A program made the position numbers and the translations under genes. A DNA stretch of 64,000 nt from Bacillota bacterium. Lineage in GTDB: Bacteria; Bacillota; Sulfobacillia; JAJYWN01; JAJZPE01. A model generated the notes under the pieces. That model ran no database searches and was not told the DNA's origin. It saw only the letters and a program-made list of their open reading frames with translations. The stretch spans positions 10,157 through 74,156 of the forward strand of contig JAJZPE010000002.1 in the NCBI GenBank assembly GCA_021811325.1, given 5' to 3'. Within the stretch, counting starts at the first letter, position 1; each line of letters begins with the position of its first letter. Of this stretch, positions 28,228 through 37,842 are shown one piece after another.

Positions 28228-28256
28228 AAGCCCCCGGGCGGGGTCGCCCGGGGGCC
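28228..28256 (-). terminator. Terminator downstream of the ftsH-like gene
   Basis: On the minus strand: perfect hairpin GCCCCCGGGCG-ACCC-CGCCCGGGGGC followed by TTTTCCC. Confidence 0.5.
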
Positions 28257-28294
28257 TGTGCCGGCTCATTGATGACGATGGCGTCGCGCGGGGC

Positions 28295-29824
28295 TCACTC
28301 CGCGGCCGGCGCACCGGCCGCCGCCTCTTGCCCGGAGCCGGCCTGGGCGAGTCCCGCCTGGCCGAGGATCCGCCGCAGCTGGTCACCGTCGAGGGTCTCG
28401 CGCTCCAGGACGATCGACGAGGCCTCTTCGAGGACGCCGCGTCGCGCCAGAAAGAACTCGCGGACCCGGTCTTCCTGGGCCCGGAGGATGGCGTTCACCG
28501 CCCGGTGCTCAGTCCTCTCGGGCAGCGTCTCCGCCGAGATGATCCCCAGGTCCGAGAGGCCGGCGTGGATGATCCTCCGGGCGTTCTCGACGGCCTGCTC
28601 GAAGTCGTTGACCGAGCCCGTGCTCCGACTGCCGAAGACAGTCTCCTCGGCCACCGCGCCGGCCAGGGCCACCCGGATCTGCCCTTCCAGGTAGTCGCGG
28701 GTCGACAGATAGAAGTCGTCCTCCGGCGTGTGTCTCACGTGCCCGAGGCTCCCGCCCCGAGAGGTGACGCTGATCGTCGAGACCGAACCCGGGCGGACGT
28801 CTTCGGCCATCAGGGCGTGCCCTGTCTCGTGGCAGGCGACCCGCCGGCGTTCCTCGTCGGTCGGCCGACGCTCAAGCTTCTCGCCCATGATCACCTTGTC
28901 GATGGCCTCTTCCAGGTGACGCTGGAGGATCTTCTCCGCATTCTCACGGAGGGCCAAGATGGCCGCCTCGTTGGTCAGGCTCTCGAGGTGGGCGCCGGAG
29001 AAACCGAAGGTTTCGTGGGCCACCTTGTCGAGGTCGACGGCGGCGTCGAGGGGCTTGTTCCGGATGTGCAGCCGCAGGATCTGGAGGCGTCCCTCGCGGT
29101 CCGGCAGGTCGACGTTGACGATCCGGTCGATGCGGCCCGGGCGAAGCAGAGCCGGGTCGAGGAGGTCGAAGCGGTTGGTCGCCCCGATGAGGAGGATCCG
29201 CGTCGAGCCGTCCGCGGTCAGGCCGTCCATCTCCACAAGGAGCTGGTTGAGGGTCTGGTCGTACTCCAGATGGCTGGTGTGCTGGCCACGTTTCCCGCCG
29301 AGGACCTCGATCTCATCGATGAAGATGATCGCCGTCCCCTTCCCTTCCTTGGCCGCGGCCTCCCGGGCCTGGACGAAAAGCTGGCGGATGCGCTGGGCGC
29401 CGACGCCCGCGTAGACCTCGATGAACTCCGACCCCGACGTGGACAGGAAGGCCGACTCGGTGTAGTTGGCGGCCGCCTTGGCCAGAAGCGTCTTCCCGGT
29501 GCCGGGCGGTCCCGTGAGGAGGATGCCCTTCAGCGGGCGGATGCCCATCTTGCCGATGAGCTCGCGGTGAACGATAAAGTCGAGGGCCTCGAGGAGTTCC
29601 TTCTTCGCCGTCGGCTGGCCGCCGATGTCGTTGAAGGTCACCGCCACCGAGGTAACCGGCCCACCCACGGCGACGAAGCGCCGCTGGACCCCGCGGAGCC
29701 CGCCGCCCTGGACCAGAACGTAAGCGAGGGCGGCCAGGAACAGCACGGGCAGCACATTATACCCGAGGAAGAGCAAGAACACGAGGACCGCGGCGGCGGC
29801 CCCCAGGGCGATCTCCCTTCTCAC
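28295..29824 (-). CDS. FtsH-family AAA+ zinc metalloprotease with minimal N-terminus (no periplasmic domain)
   Basis: Walker A (GPPGTGKT), the second region of homology, and the M41 HETGHAL zinc site are all present. The two N-terminal TM helices lie back to back, leaving only ~60 aa before the AAA domain. The product is 509 aa. Confidence 0.85.
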   Translation of the reverse strand: MRREIALGAAAAVLVFLLFLGYNVLPVLFLAALAYVLVQGGGLRGVQRRFVAVGGPVTSVAVTFNDIGGQPTAKKELLEALDFIVHRELIGKMGIRPLKGILLTGPPGTGKTLLAKAAANYTESAFLSTSGSEFIEVYAGVGAQRIRQLFVQAREAAAKEGKGTAIIFIDEIEVLGGKRGQHTSHLEYDQTLNQLLVEMDGLTADGSTRILLIGATNRFDLLDPALLRPGRIDRIVNVDLPDREGRLQILRLHIRNKPLDAAVDLDKVAHETFGFSGAHLESLTNEAAILALRENAEKILQRHLEEAIDKVIMGEKLERRPTDEERRRVACHETGHALMAEDVRPGSVSTISVTSRGGSLGHVRHTPEDDFYLSTRDYLEGQIRVALAGAVAEETVFGSRSTGSVNDFEQAVENARRIIHAGLSDLGIISAETLPERTEHRAVNAILRAQEDRVREFFLARRGVLEEASSIVLERETLDGDQLRRILGQAGLAQAGSGQEAAAGAPAAE

Positions 29825-30375
29825 CGGCGAACACCTCCCGCGGTCGCCGACGCCGTCATCGACCCGTCGCGCGGGACGACGGCGTACAGGTAGTCAGAGC
29901 CCTTCCCCAGTTGCAGGAAGACGTAGCGGCCGCTGACGTAGACCTTGAACGTGTCCAGCCCGCGCTGGGCCGCCTGCCGCTGCAGCCCGTCATACATCTC
30001 CTCGAAGTTGCCGCGGGTCAGGGCCTCCTCGACCAGGAACTGCATCCGGTAGTAGGCCTCCTGGAGCATGGCGTCGCGCTGGTCAGTCACCTTGAGCTCA
30101 TAACGGCCGCCCTTCATGAAGCGGCCGACGGTCTGATCGAGGCGCGCGTATGTCTCCTGCAGGTTGTCCACGGGCTTCAGGGCCACCTCGATGTGGCGAC
30201 CCTGGTTGTCGTCGGTGACGCGGACGGACTGCACGGCCGGGTCGGTTTTCAGGGCCCGGACCATCGGGCGGTCGAGTCCGATCTGGTGGTAGATGTAGTA
30301 TCCGCCAAAGAGCACGGCAAGCCCGGCGAGGAGCGATACCACGGCCACTTGCCAGCGCATCCCTTTGAAGTCCAC
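29821..30375 (-). CDS. Hypothetical single-pass membrane protein, translationally coupled to the ftsH-like gene
   Basis: The 184-aa product has an N-terminal TM (WQVAVVSLLAGLAVLFGGYYIY) followed by a soluble domain. Its stop overlaps the ftsH-like start by 4 nt. RBS-like GGAGGGGAGG lies upstream. No family was recognised. Confidence 0.45.
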   Translation of the reverse strand: MDFKGMRWQVAVVSLLAGLAVLFGGYYIYHQIGLDRPMVRALKTDPAVQSVRVTDDNQGRHIEVALKPVDNLQETYARLDQTVGRFMKGGRYELKVTDQRDAMLQEAYYRMQFLVEEALTRGNFEEMYDGLQRQAAQRGLDTFKVYVSGRYVFLQLGKGSDYLYAVVPRDGSMTASATAGGVRR

Positions 30376-30526
30376 TCTCCCCTGCCTCCCCTCCGGTCTT
30401 GTCAGGACAAACCGCGACCGCTTCGCACCGCGCCGGCGATGTCGACCGCGGCCCGGTCGCGAGTCGGCTTTACATCCGAGTATAGCACAATAAGCCCAGC
30501 TAAACGAGGGCTATAATTGACCAAAC

Positions 30527-30550
30527 AGCCCGGCTCCTGCCAGAGCCGGG
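30527..30550 (-). terminator. Putative terminator after rimO
   Basis: Hairpin GCCCGGCTC-tggcag-GAGCCGGGC, followed on the minus strand by TGTTTGGTC. The run of T is modest. Confidence 0.4.
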
Positions 30551-30595
30551 CCGACGTCTCACGATGATGAAAGGGCCTGCCGTCGCGGAGTGAGG

Positions 30596-31975
30596 TCATC
30601 GACCGCCGGCGTTGGCGTCGTCTTGGTCGATGATCTCGGCGTAAAGGTCAAACGTCCGCGAGCCGACCACCCGCGCTCGGACGAAATCGCCTGGCTGCGG
30701 CTGGTCCGCGCCGGTCGAGCCCGCCGCGGGGCGCATGAAGACCAGCCCGTCGATGTCCGGGGCGTCCTTCTCAGCTCGGCCCACCAGCGGGTACTCCCCG
30801 CGCCGGCGGCGCTCGACAAGGACCTCGACGATCGAACCCGCGCGCGCCCGGTTGGCCTCGCGGGCCAGCGAACGCTGGAGGGCGGCGACCCGCCGCAGCC
30901 GCGCGGCCTTGACCTCCTCGGGCACCTGGCCGGGCAACGCCGCCGCGCGGGTACCTTCCTCCCGCGAGTAGGCGAAGAAACCGGCGTGGTCGAGGCGGGC
31001 GAACTTCAGGAAGGCGAGGAGTTCGCGAAAATCCCGCTCCTCCTCGCCCGGGTGACCGATGATGAACGACCCGCGAAGGAAGGCCCCCGGCAGACGCCGC
31101 CGGATGAGCTCCACGAGGCCCCTCAGGCGGGCGTCCGTCTCGCCGCGGCCCATCGCTCTCAGGACGCGGTCCGAGGCGTGCTGCATCGGGAGGTCGAAGT
31201 AGCGGCAGACATGCTCGCTCCGAGCGATGGCTTCGACCAGCGCCTCGTCCACCCGCGACGGGTGGAGGTAGAGCGGGCGGATCCAGACCACGCCCGGGAT
31301 GTGGTCGAGTTCGGTCAGGAGCCGCGCCAGGTCTTCCCCGGGCCCGAGGTCGCCTCCGTAGGCCGTCGCGTCCTGGGCCACGAGGACGAGCTCCTTCGCC
31401 CCCATGGCCACGAGTTGCCCAGCCTCTCCGACGACGGCCTCCCGCGGGCGGCTGCGGAACGGCCCACGGATGGCCGGGATGGCGCAGAAGGCGCAACGGT
31501 GATCGCAACCTTCGGCGATCTTGAGGTAGGCCGTGTGCGGCCCGGTGGTCAGGAGCCGTGGGCGGTTCGGGTCATAGGCGGACCGAACACCGCGGACGCC
31601 GGTCTCGGTGGGCCGCTCCCCGGCGTCGACCCGGCCGAGGAGCCCGACGATGGCCTCGTCCGCTTCCGTGCCGGCCAACCCGTCGATCTCCGGGACCTCG
31701 CGCCGAAGCTCTTCCGCGTACCTCTGGGCCAGGCAGCCGATGACGACCAGCCGCTTCGCCGGGTCGCCCTTCTTCAGCTCGGCCAGGTCGAGGATGGTGC
31801 GGACCGATTCCTCCTTGGCCGCCTCAATGAAACCGCACGTGTTGACGATGATGAAGTCGGCCGCGGCGGGCTCGTCGGTGATGGCATAACCGGCCTCGCC
31901 CAGGGCGCCGAGGACGTACTCGCTGTCGATGCGGTTCTTCGGGCAGCCCAGGGAGACGAGGGCCACTGTCTTCAT
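30596..31975 (-). CDS. rimO: Ribosomal protein S12 methylthiotransferase RimO
   Basis: MKTVALVSLGCPKNRIDSEYVLGAL... matches RimO. A radical SAM motif (CDHRCAFC) and a C-terminal TRAM domain are present. The product is 459 aa. Confidence 0.92.
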   Translation of the reverse strand: MKTVALVSLGCPKNRIDSEYVLGALGEAGYAITDEPAAADFIIVNTCGFIEAAKEESVRTILDLAELKKGDPAKRLVVIGCLAQRYAEELRREVPEIDGLAGTEADEAIVGLLGRVDAGERPTETGVRGVRSAYDPNRPRLLTTGPHTAYLKIAEGCDHRCAFCAIPAIRGPFRSRPREAVVGEAGQLVAMGAKELVLVAQDATAYGGDLGPGEDLARLLTELDHIPGVVWIRPLYLHPSRVDEALVEAIARSEHVCRYFDLPMQHASDRVLRAMGRGETDARLRGLVELIRRRLPGAFLRGSFIIGHPGEEERDFRELLAFLKFARLDHAGFFAYSREEGTRAAALPGQVPEEVKAARLRRVAALQRSLAREANRARAGSIVEVLVERRRRGEYPLVGRAEKDAPDIDGLVFMRPAAGSTGADQPQPGDFVRARVVGSRTFDLYAEIIDQDDANAGGR

Positions 31976-32163
31976 GCGCGGTCACCCACTCATCGGCGGA
32001 TCAAGCTTTGGTCGCCGGCGTGCGTTCGGCGGCGAGGCCACGACAAGTCATTATAACGCAACCCCGCGCCGGCCGCCAGCGCCGCATGGCGGTCCGCGGC
32101 GGCCGAAAAAAACAAGCGCCGGCAAAGCTTGCCGGCGGCCGAGGTCCAGATGATCCGCCGGGC

Positions 32164-33315
32164 TCACATCTCCGATGGGCGCGCGAGCACGTGGCGATAG
32201 AAGTCTTCGTATTGCGGGACGATCCGGCTCGCGCTGAATTGCCCGATGGCCCGGCGCCTGGCGGCCACCGCCGCCTTGCGGCGCTTGGCGTCGTCGCTCA
32301 GCAGCTGGATGGCCTTCCTGGCCATGCGGTCGAGGCGCTCCGGCGGGTACAGGAAGCCCGCCTCCTTGCCGCCGACCACCTCCGGCAGGCCGCCGACGCG
32401 CGAGGCGATCACCGGGACACCGCAGGCCATCGCCTCCAGGGCGACCAGGCCAAAGCTCTCTTTGGCCGAAGGCAGGAGGAGCAGGTCGGCCACGGAGAAG
32501 AGGCTGGCCACTTCTTCCTGCTGGCCGAGGAAGGTCACCCGGTCGGTCACTCCGAGCCGCTCCGCCTCCCGCCGGGCCAGCGGCTGGTCCGGTCCGTCGC
32601 CGATCATCAGAAGCCGCGCCCGGACCTCGGAGGCCACGCGGGCAAAGATCTGGACCACGGCGTCCACGCGCTTCACCGGGCGAAAGTTCGAGACGTGGAG
32701 GACGATCTTCTCGTCGTCCGCCGCCAGGGCCCGCCGGTCATCGGGTGAGGCCTCCCGCCGGTACTCGTCGGGGTCGATGAAGTTGGGGATGGTAGCGATC
32801 TCCCGGGTGAGATTGAAAGTCTCCATGGTCTCCGTCCGCAGTGACTCGGAGACGGCCGTCACCCCATCGGACTGGTTGATGGTGAAGGCGACCATGTCGG
32901 CGAACGAAGGCTCCGAGCCGACCAGGGTGATGTCCGTGCCGTGGAGGGTGGTCACGAAACGGAGGCGCCGCGCCCGCCCCCTGTTCCGGGCGGCCAGCAT
33001 CTGCCGGGCCAGGTAGGCGCTGGCGGCATGGGGGATGGCGTAGTGCACGTGGAGGATGTCGAGCTGCTCGTACAGGGCCACCTCAGCCATCTTGTTGGCC
33101 AGGGCCAGGAGGTAAGGCGGGTACTTGAACAACGGGTAGGTCGGCACCTCAACCTGATGGTAGGCCACGTTGCGGGTGAAGTCGTGGAGCCGGAAGGGCT
33201 GATCGTAGCTGATGAAGTGGATGACGTGGCCGCGCCTGGCCAGTTGTCGGCCGAGCTCCGTGGCGACCACGCCGCTCCCGCCGGCCGATGGGTAGCAGGT
33301 AATGCCGATGCGCAT
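32164..33315 (-). CDS. bshA: N-acetyl-alpha-D-glucosaminyl L-malate synthase BshA (GT4)
   Basis: MRIGITCYPSAGGSGVVATELGRQLARRGHVIHFISY is near-identical in pattern to the BshA N-terminus. The GT4 EAMACGVPVIAS motif is present. Confidence 0.85.
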   Translation of the reverse strand: MRIGITCYPSAGGSGVVATELGRQLARRGHVIHFISYDQPFRLHDFTRNVAYHQVEVPTYPLFKYPPYLLALANKMAEVALYEQLDILHVHYAIPHAASAYLARQMLAARNRGRARRLRFVTTLHGTDITLVGSEPSFADMVAFTINQSDGVTAVSESLRTETMETFNLTREIATIPNFIDPDEYRREASPDDRRALAADDEKIVLHVSNFRPVKRVDAVVQIFARVASEVRARLLMIGDGPDQPLARREAERLGVTDRVTFLGQQEEVASLFSVADLLLLPSAKESFGLVALEAMACGVPVIASRVGGLPEVVGGKEAGFLYPPERLDRMARKAIQLLSDDAKRRKAAVAARRRAIGQFSASRIVPQYEDFYRHVLARPSEM

Positions 33316-33331
33316 GGCGTTCCCTCCCCGC

Positions 33332-34045
33332 TCACTCTGACCCGGCCGGTCCGGTCAGGTCGGTGAGACTGGCGATTCGCTGCAACCCGCGACAGACGAA
33401 CCCTTCGGCGAAGGTGACCCCGGTCTTGGCCCCGAAGAGCCTGTCCCGGCTCTGAACGAAGCTCAGGAAGTTCGGGTCGTTCAAGGGCGTCCCCCTGGAG
33501 TGCCCAGGCGAGCGATCGAACTGCGTCCGGTGGGCCGCCAGAGCGGCCAGTTTCCGCTCGTAGTGGGCGCTGACGTCGATGACGAAAGAAGGAACGGCCT
33601 CTGTGTTGATGAAGTAATACGCCGTCAGTGGCGGCCGGTGCGCGGCGCGGCCCGGCGCGAACTTGGCGACCCCGGCGGCGAAGGCGGCCTCGGTCACCAG
33701 CCGGCTGCACCGCACGTGGTCCGGATGCCGGTCCTCCCAGTAGGGCCCGAGGACGATGGCCGGCCGCAGGCGCCTGATCACGTCGACGAGAGCCCGGACG
33801 GACTCCCCGTCGACGGCGAAGCCCAGGTCGGGTAGGCCGAGGTCCTCCCGCGCGGCCCCGAGGATGGCGGCCGCCTCCAAGGCTTCGGCGGCGCGCTCGC
33901 GGGCCGTCCCGTTGGTCGACAACTCACCCCGGGTCAGGTCGAGGATGGTCACCTCGTGGCCGGCCGCGGTGTGCGCCGCGACCGTGCCTCCCATGCCGAT
34001 CTCGACGTCGTCGGGATGAGCCCCGACAGCAAGGATCGTAGCCAC
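33332..34045 (-). CDS. bshB1: LmbE-like deacetylase, probable BshB1
   Basis: ILAVGAHPDDVEIGMGGTVAAHTAAGHEVTILDLTRGE...HPDH are PIG-L/LmbE motifs. It lies immediately upstream of bshA. The start was set at the GTG after AGGGAGAGG. The 5' 255 codons of the track ORF 33332..34810 are spurious. Confidence 0.78.
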   Translation of the reverse strand: MATILAVGAHPDDVEIGMGGTVAAHTAAGHEVTILDLTRGELSTNGTARERAAEALEAAAILGAAREDLGLPDLGFAVDGESVRALVDVIRRLRPAIVLGPYWEDRHPDHVRCSRLVTEAAFAAGVAKFAPGRAAHRPPLTAYYFINTEAVPSFVIDVSAHYERKLAALAAHRTQFDRSPGHSRGTPLNDPNFLSFVQSRDRLFGAKTGVTFAEGFVCRGLQRIASLTDLTGPAGSE

Positions 34046-34216
34046 TTCATCCCTCTCCCTAGCGGCGGAACGCCGTCCGCCGCCCGCTTGAAGCCACCGC
34101 CCGCGTAAGACACCACCATTGTACACTATTTGCCCTTGGCGGGCCAGCGGCTGGGGCCTTTGACCAAGAACGTACGTTCGTGTTACAATCATGGCCGAGG
34201 AGGCCTTAACCCACCG

Positions 34217-36496
34217 ATGAAGCTCGACCAGGTGCTCGAGGAACTGCGGCAATCCGAGCGTTTTCAGGCGTGCGTCACGGGCTGGCGCCACCTCCCGCCG
34301 CGGCCGGCCCGCCACGTCGACTTCCCCCCGTGGCTCGAGCTCCGCTTGGCCCAGGTGCTGCGGGCCCGCGGCATCGAGCGGCTTTATACCCATCAGGGCG
34401 CGGCCCTCGACGCCATCCACTCCGGAAAGAGCGCCGTCGTCGTGACCCCGACGGCCTCGGGCAAGACGATGTGCTACAACCTGCCGGTGCTGGACGCCAT
34501 CCTCAAGGACGGCAACGCCCGGGCCCTCTACCTCTTTCCCACCAAGGCCCTCTCTCAGGACCAGATGAACGAGCTCCACGGGCTCATCACCGACCTCGGC
34601 GCAGACATCAAGACATATACCTACGACGGCGACACCCCGACCACCGCCCGCAAGGCCATCCGCGCCGCCGGCCATGTCGTCGTCACCAACCCGGACATGC
34701 TCCACACGGGCATCCTGCCGCACCACACGCGCTGGGTCAAGCTCTTCGAGAACCTGCGCTACGTGGTCATCGACGAGGTCCACCATTACCGAGGGGTCTT
34801 CGGCAGCCACGTGGCCAACGTCATCCGTCGTCTGCGCCGGGTCTGCCGTTTCTACGGCTCCGACCCCCAGTTCATCTGCGCCTCAGCGACCATCGCCAAC
34901 CCCCTCGACCTCGCCGAGCGGCTGGTCGGCGGGCCGCTCGAGCTGGTCGACGACAACGGCGCGCCGAGCGGGGCCAAGGAGTTCATCCTCTACAACCCCC
35001 CGGTGGTCAACCGCGAGCTGGGCATCAGACGCAGCTCGGCCCTGGAGGCCCAGGGCCTGGCGGCCGACTTCCTCCGGAACGACATCCAGACCATCGTCTT
35101 CGCCCGGAGCCGGGTGACCACCGAACTCCTCCTGACCTACCTCCGCGAAGGGCTGGCCCGCCACCCCGGGCTGGCCGAGAAGGTCCACGGTTACCGCGGC
35201 GGCTACCTGCCGCTGCAGCGCCGGGCCATCGAGCGCGGCCTGCGCGACGGCAGCGTCCTCGGGGTGGTCGCCACCAGCGCCCTCGAGCTCGGGATCGACA
35301 TCGGCCGGCTGGACGCCTGCGTCATCGTCGGCTACCCGGGGAGCGTCTCCAGCACCTGGCAGCAGGCGGGCCGGGTCGGGCGGCGCTCCGGGACCTCGGT
35401 GGCCATCCTGGTCGGCAGCTCGAACCCCCTCGACCAATACCTCATGGCCAACCCCGAGTACTTCTTCGGTCAGCCCCCGGAGAGCGGGCTGGTCAACCCG
35501 GACAACCTGCTCATCCTCCTCTCGCACGTCAAGTGCGCCGCCTTCGAGCTGCCCTTCGAGGCCGGCGAGAAGTTCGGCGTCGAGTCCACCGACCAGATCC
35601 TCGACTTCCTGGCCGAGCAGAAGCTCCTCCGCCGCGTCGACGGGCGTTACCACTGGATGGCCGAGGACTTCCCGGCCGAGGAGATCAGCCTCCGTTCAGT
35701 CTCGGCCGAGAACTTCGTGATCATCGACATCACCGGCGGGCAGACGCGGGTCATCGGCGAGGTTGACCGGGTCTCCGCCCCCACCCTCATCCACGAAGAA
35801 GCCATCTACATCCACGGGGGGCAGCAGTATCACGTCGACCGGCTCGACTACGACGAGAAGAAAGCCTACGTCCGCAAGGTCGACGTCGATTACTACACCG
35901 ACGCCAACCTGGCCGTCCGGATCCAGGTCTTGGACGTCTTTAAGAGCCGCACCGACGACGCCTTCCCGGCGGGTTACGGCGAGGTCCTCGTGGCCGCCAT
36001 GGCCACCATGTTCAAGAAGATCAAGCTCTTCACCCACGAGAACATCGGCTCAGGCCGCATCCACCTGCCCGAGGAGCAGATGCACACGACGGCCTACTGG
36101 CTGAACGTTCCGGAGACGGTCGCCGCCGGCCTGGCCACCGACGACCTCCAGGGCGGGCTCGTCGGCCTGGCCAACGTCCTGGTCAACGTGGCCCCGCTCT
36201 TCCTCCTCTGCGACCCGCGCGACGTGCAGGTGGTGGCCGAGGTCAAGTCGCCCTTCACCGGACTCCCCACGATTTACCTCTACGACCGTTACCCAGGCGG
36301 CGTCGGCCTGGCCGAGAAGCTCTACGACATCAACCCGCTCTTCCTCCGGACGGCCCTCGACCTCATCACCGGCTGCTCCTGCGAGGGCGGCTGCCCGGCC
36401 TGCGTCGGCCCGGTCGACGAGGTCGGCCCCCGGGGCAAGCGGGCCGCCGTCCGGCTCCTCAGGGAGGCCTTGCGCGACCGTGCAGCTCAAGGATAA
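34217..36496 (+). CDS. mrfA: DEAD/DEAH-box helicase with C-terminal DUF1998 zinc domain (MrfA/YprA-like)
   Basis: Helicase motifs are present: TPTASGKT, DEVHHY and SATIANP. The C-terminal Cys cluster is GCSCEGGCPACVGP. The ATG at 34217 gives MKLDQVLEELRQSERF. Confidence 0.88.
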   Translation: MKLDQVLEELRQSERFQACVTGWRHLPPRPARHVDFPPWLELRLAQVLRARGIERLYTHQGAALDAIHSGKSAVVVTPTASGKTMCYNLPVLDAILKDGNARALYLFPTKALSQDQMNELHGLITDLGADIKTYTYDGDTPTTARKAIRAAGHVVVTNPDMLHTGILPHHTRWVKLFENLRYVVIDEVHHYRGVFGSHVANVIRRLRRVCRFYGSDPQFICASATIANPLDLAERLVGGPLELVDDNGAPSGAKEFILYNPPVVNRELGIRRSSALEAQGLAADFLRNDIQTIVFARSRVTTELLLTYLREGLARHPGLAEKVHGYRGGYLPLQRRAIERGLRDGSVLGVVATSALELGIDIGRLDACVIVGYPGSVSSTWQQAGRVGRRSGTSVAILVGSSNPLDQYLMANPEYFFGQPPESGLVNPDNLLILLSHVKCAAFELPFEAGEKFGVESTDQILDFLAEQKLLRRVDGRYHWMAEDFPAEEISLRSVSAENFVIIDITGGQTRVIGEVDRVSAPTLIHEEAIYIHGGQQYHVDRLDYDEKKAYVRKVDVDYYTDANLAVRIQVLDVFKSRTDDAFPAGYGEVLVAAMATMFKKIKLFTHENIGSGRIHLPEEQMHTTAYWLNVPETVAAGLATDDLQGGLVGLANVLVNVAPLFLLCDPRDVQVVAEVKSPFTGLPTIYLYDRYPGGVGLAEKLYDINPLFLRTALDLITGCSCEGGCPACVGPVDEVGPRGKRAAVRLLREALRDRAAQG

Positions 36497-37766
36497 ACTC
36501 AGCGAACTCGTTCAGTCCGGCCTGGTCAAGGTCGGACCGGCCGGCCTCAATGGAGCTCCGCGGCACGCCGCCCACGGCGTCGAGTCGGTCGTTTCCGGCC
36601 GCGTCGTAAACACCGCCCGCGGCCCGGCCTTCGTCGTCGAGCACCGCCATCCGGCGGGCGCGGATCACGGCGGGGTCCGCCTCACCGCGGCCCGCTCCCT
36701 CGAAGGCCGGCACCTGGGTGCTATGGCCCTCGACGATGGCCTCTCGAGCCTCGACCTCTCGCGGGCGGTCTTCCTCGACACCGAGACGACCGGCCTCGGC
36801 CTGGGCACGGGAACCTACGTCTTCCTGGTCGGTTGCGGCTTCTTCGAAGGTGACGACTTCATCACCCGCCAGTACTTCCTCCGCGACCTCGACGAGGAGC
36901 CGGCCTTCCTGGCCGCCCTCCAGGCCGACCTGGAGCGGTTCGAGGCCGTCGTCACCTTCAACGGCAAGGCCTTCGACCTCCCGCTCCTGGAGAACCGTTT
37001 CGTCCTCGCCCGCCGCCGCCCGCGCCTCCCCGCCGACCGCCACCTCGACCTCCGCCACGCGGCCGCCCGCCTCTGGCGGGAGCGGTTGGCCAGTTGCAGC
37101 CTGTCCAGCCTTGAAGCCGGCGTCCTCGGCTTCGCTCGCTACGGCGACGTCCCCGGGGAACTCATCCCGCTCCTCTACTTCGACTACCTCCGGAGCGGCG
37201 ACGCCCGTATCGTCGAACCGGTCTTCGTCCACAACCGCCACGACATCCTCTCCCTGACCGCCCTGACAGTCAAGGCCGCCGCCCTGGTGGCCGACCCGCT
37301 GGGGGACGTGGCCAGCGACCCCGCCGACCGCTTCTCCCTGGCCCGCCTCCTCGAGCGGCTCGGCCGCCTGGAGGACAGCCTGGCCTGTTACGAGCTGGCC
37401 ATGGCCGCCTGCCCGCCGCCCCTGACCCGCGAGCGGGCGGCCCGCCACCTGGCCCGACTGTACAAGCGGATCGGCCGGCTGGAGCAAGCCGTCGGGATCT
37501 GGCAGCGCCTGGTAGCCGAGCCCGGCTGGACCATCCACCCCTACGTCGAGTTGGCCAAGTACTACGAGCACCGGGTCCGCGACTACGACCGGGCCATCGC
37601 CGTGGTGCGGGCGGCCCTTGGGCGCCTAGCGGCGCGGGCATCGGCCGCCCCCGCGCGGGCCCCGGGGCCGCTCCGGAACCCGGGTCCAACCGCGGACGAC
37701 CCCGAATACCGAGAACTGCGCCGGCGGTTGGACCGCCTCGAAGCGAAGAAAGGGCGCCGCGCCTGA
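36480..37766 (+). CDS. mrfB: RNase H-like 3'-5' exonuclease with TPR tail (MrfB/YprB-like)
   Basis: FLDTETTGLGLGTGTYVFLVGCGFF is the DnaQ-like exonuclease motif I. A TPR-like C-terminus is present. It overlaps the mrfA end by 17 nt. Confidence 0.75.
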   Translation: MQLKDKLSELVQSGLVKVGPAGLNGAPRHAAHGVESVVSGRVVNTARGPAFVVEHRHPAGADHGGVRLTAARSLEGRHLGAMALDDGLSSLDLSRAVFLDTETTGLGLGTGTYVFLVGCGFFEGDDFITRQYFLRDLDEEPAFLAALQADLERFEAVVTFNGKAFDLPLLENRFVLARRRPRLPADRHLDLRHAAARLWRERLASCSLSSLEAGVLGFARYGDVPGELIPLLYFDYLRSGDARIVEPVFVHNRHDILSLTALTVKAAALVADPLGDVASDPADRFSLARLLERLGRLEDSLACYELAMAACPPPLTRERAARHLARLYKRIGRLEQAVGIWQRLVAEPGWTIHPYVELAKYYEHRVRDYDRAIAVVRAALGRLAARASAAPARAPGPLRNPGPTADDPEYRELRRRLDRLEAKKGRRA

Positions 37767-37792
37767 AGCTCGACGGCCCGTCCCCCCGCATA

Positions 37793-37820
37793 TCCCGCCC
37801 CGGCGGGAATATCTTTTCTT
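37793..37820 (+). terminator. Putative terminator after mrfB
   Basis: Hairpin TCCCGCC-ccg-GCGGGA followed by ATATCTTTTCTT. Confidence 0.35.
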
Positions 37821-37842
37821 GACGATGAAGGGGGGACGAGAT

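Noticed and set aside
30496-30520. Plus-strand TATAAT at ~30512-30517, next to a TTGACC
   Set aside because: No plus-strand gene follows it. The region is the leader of the minus-strand hypothetical-ftsH operon, so this is probably a chance match.
34046-34810. N-terminal extension of track ORF 33332..34810
   Set aside because: LmbE/BshB1 homology begins at VATILAVGAHPDD with its own RBS. The upstream codons overlap the divergent mrfA promoter region and look like GC-driven read-through.
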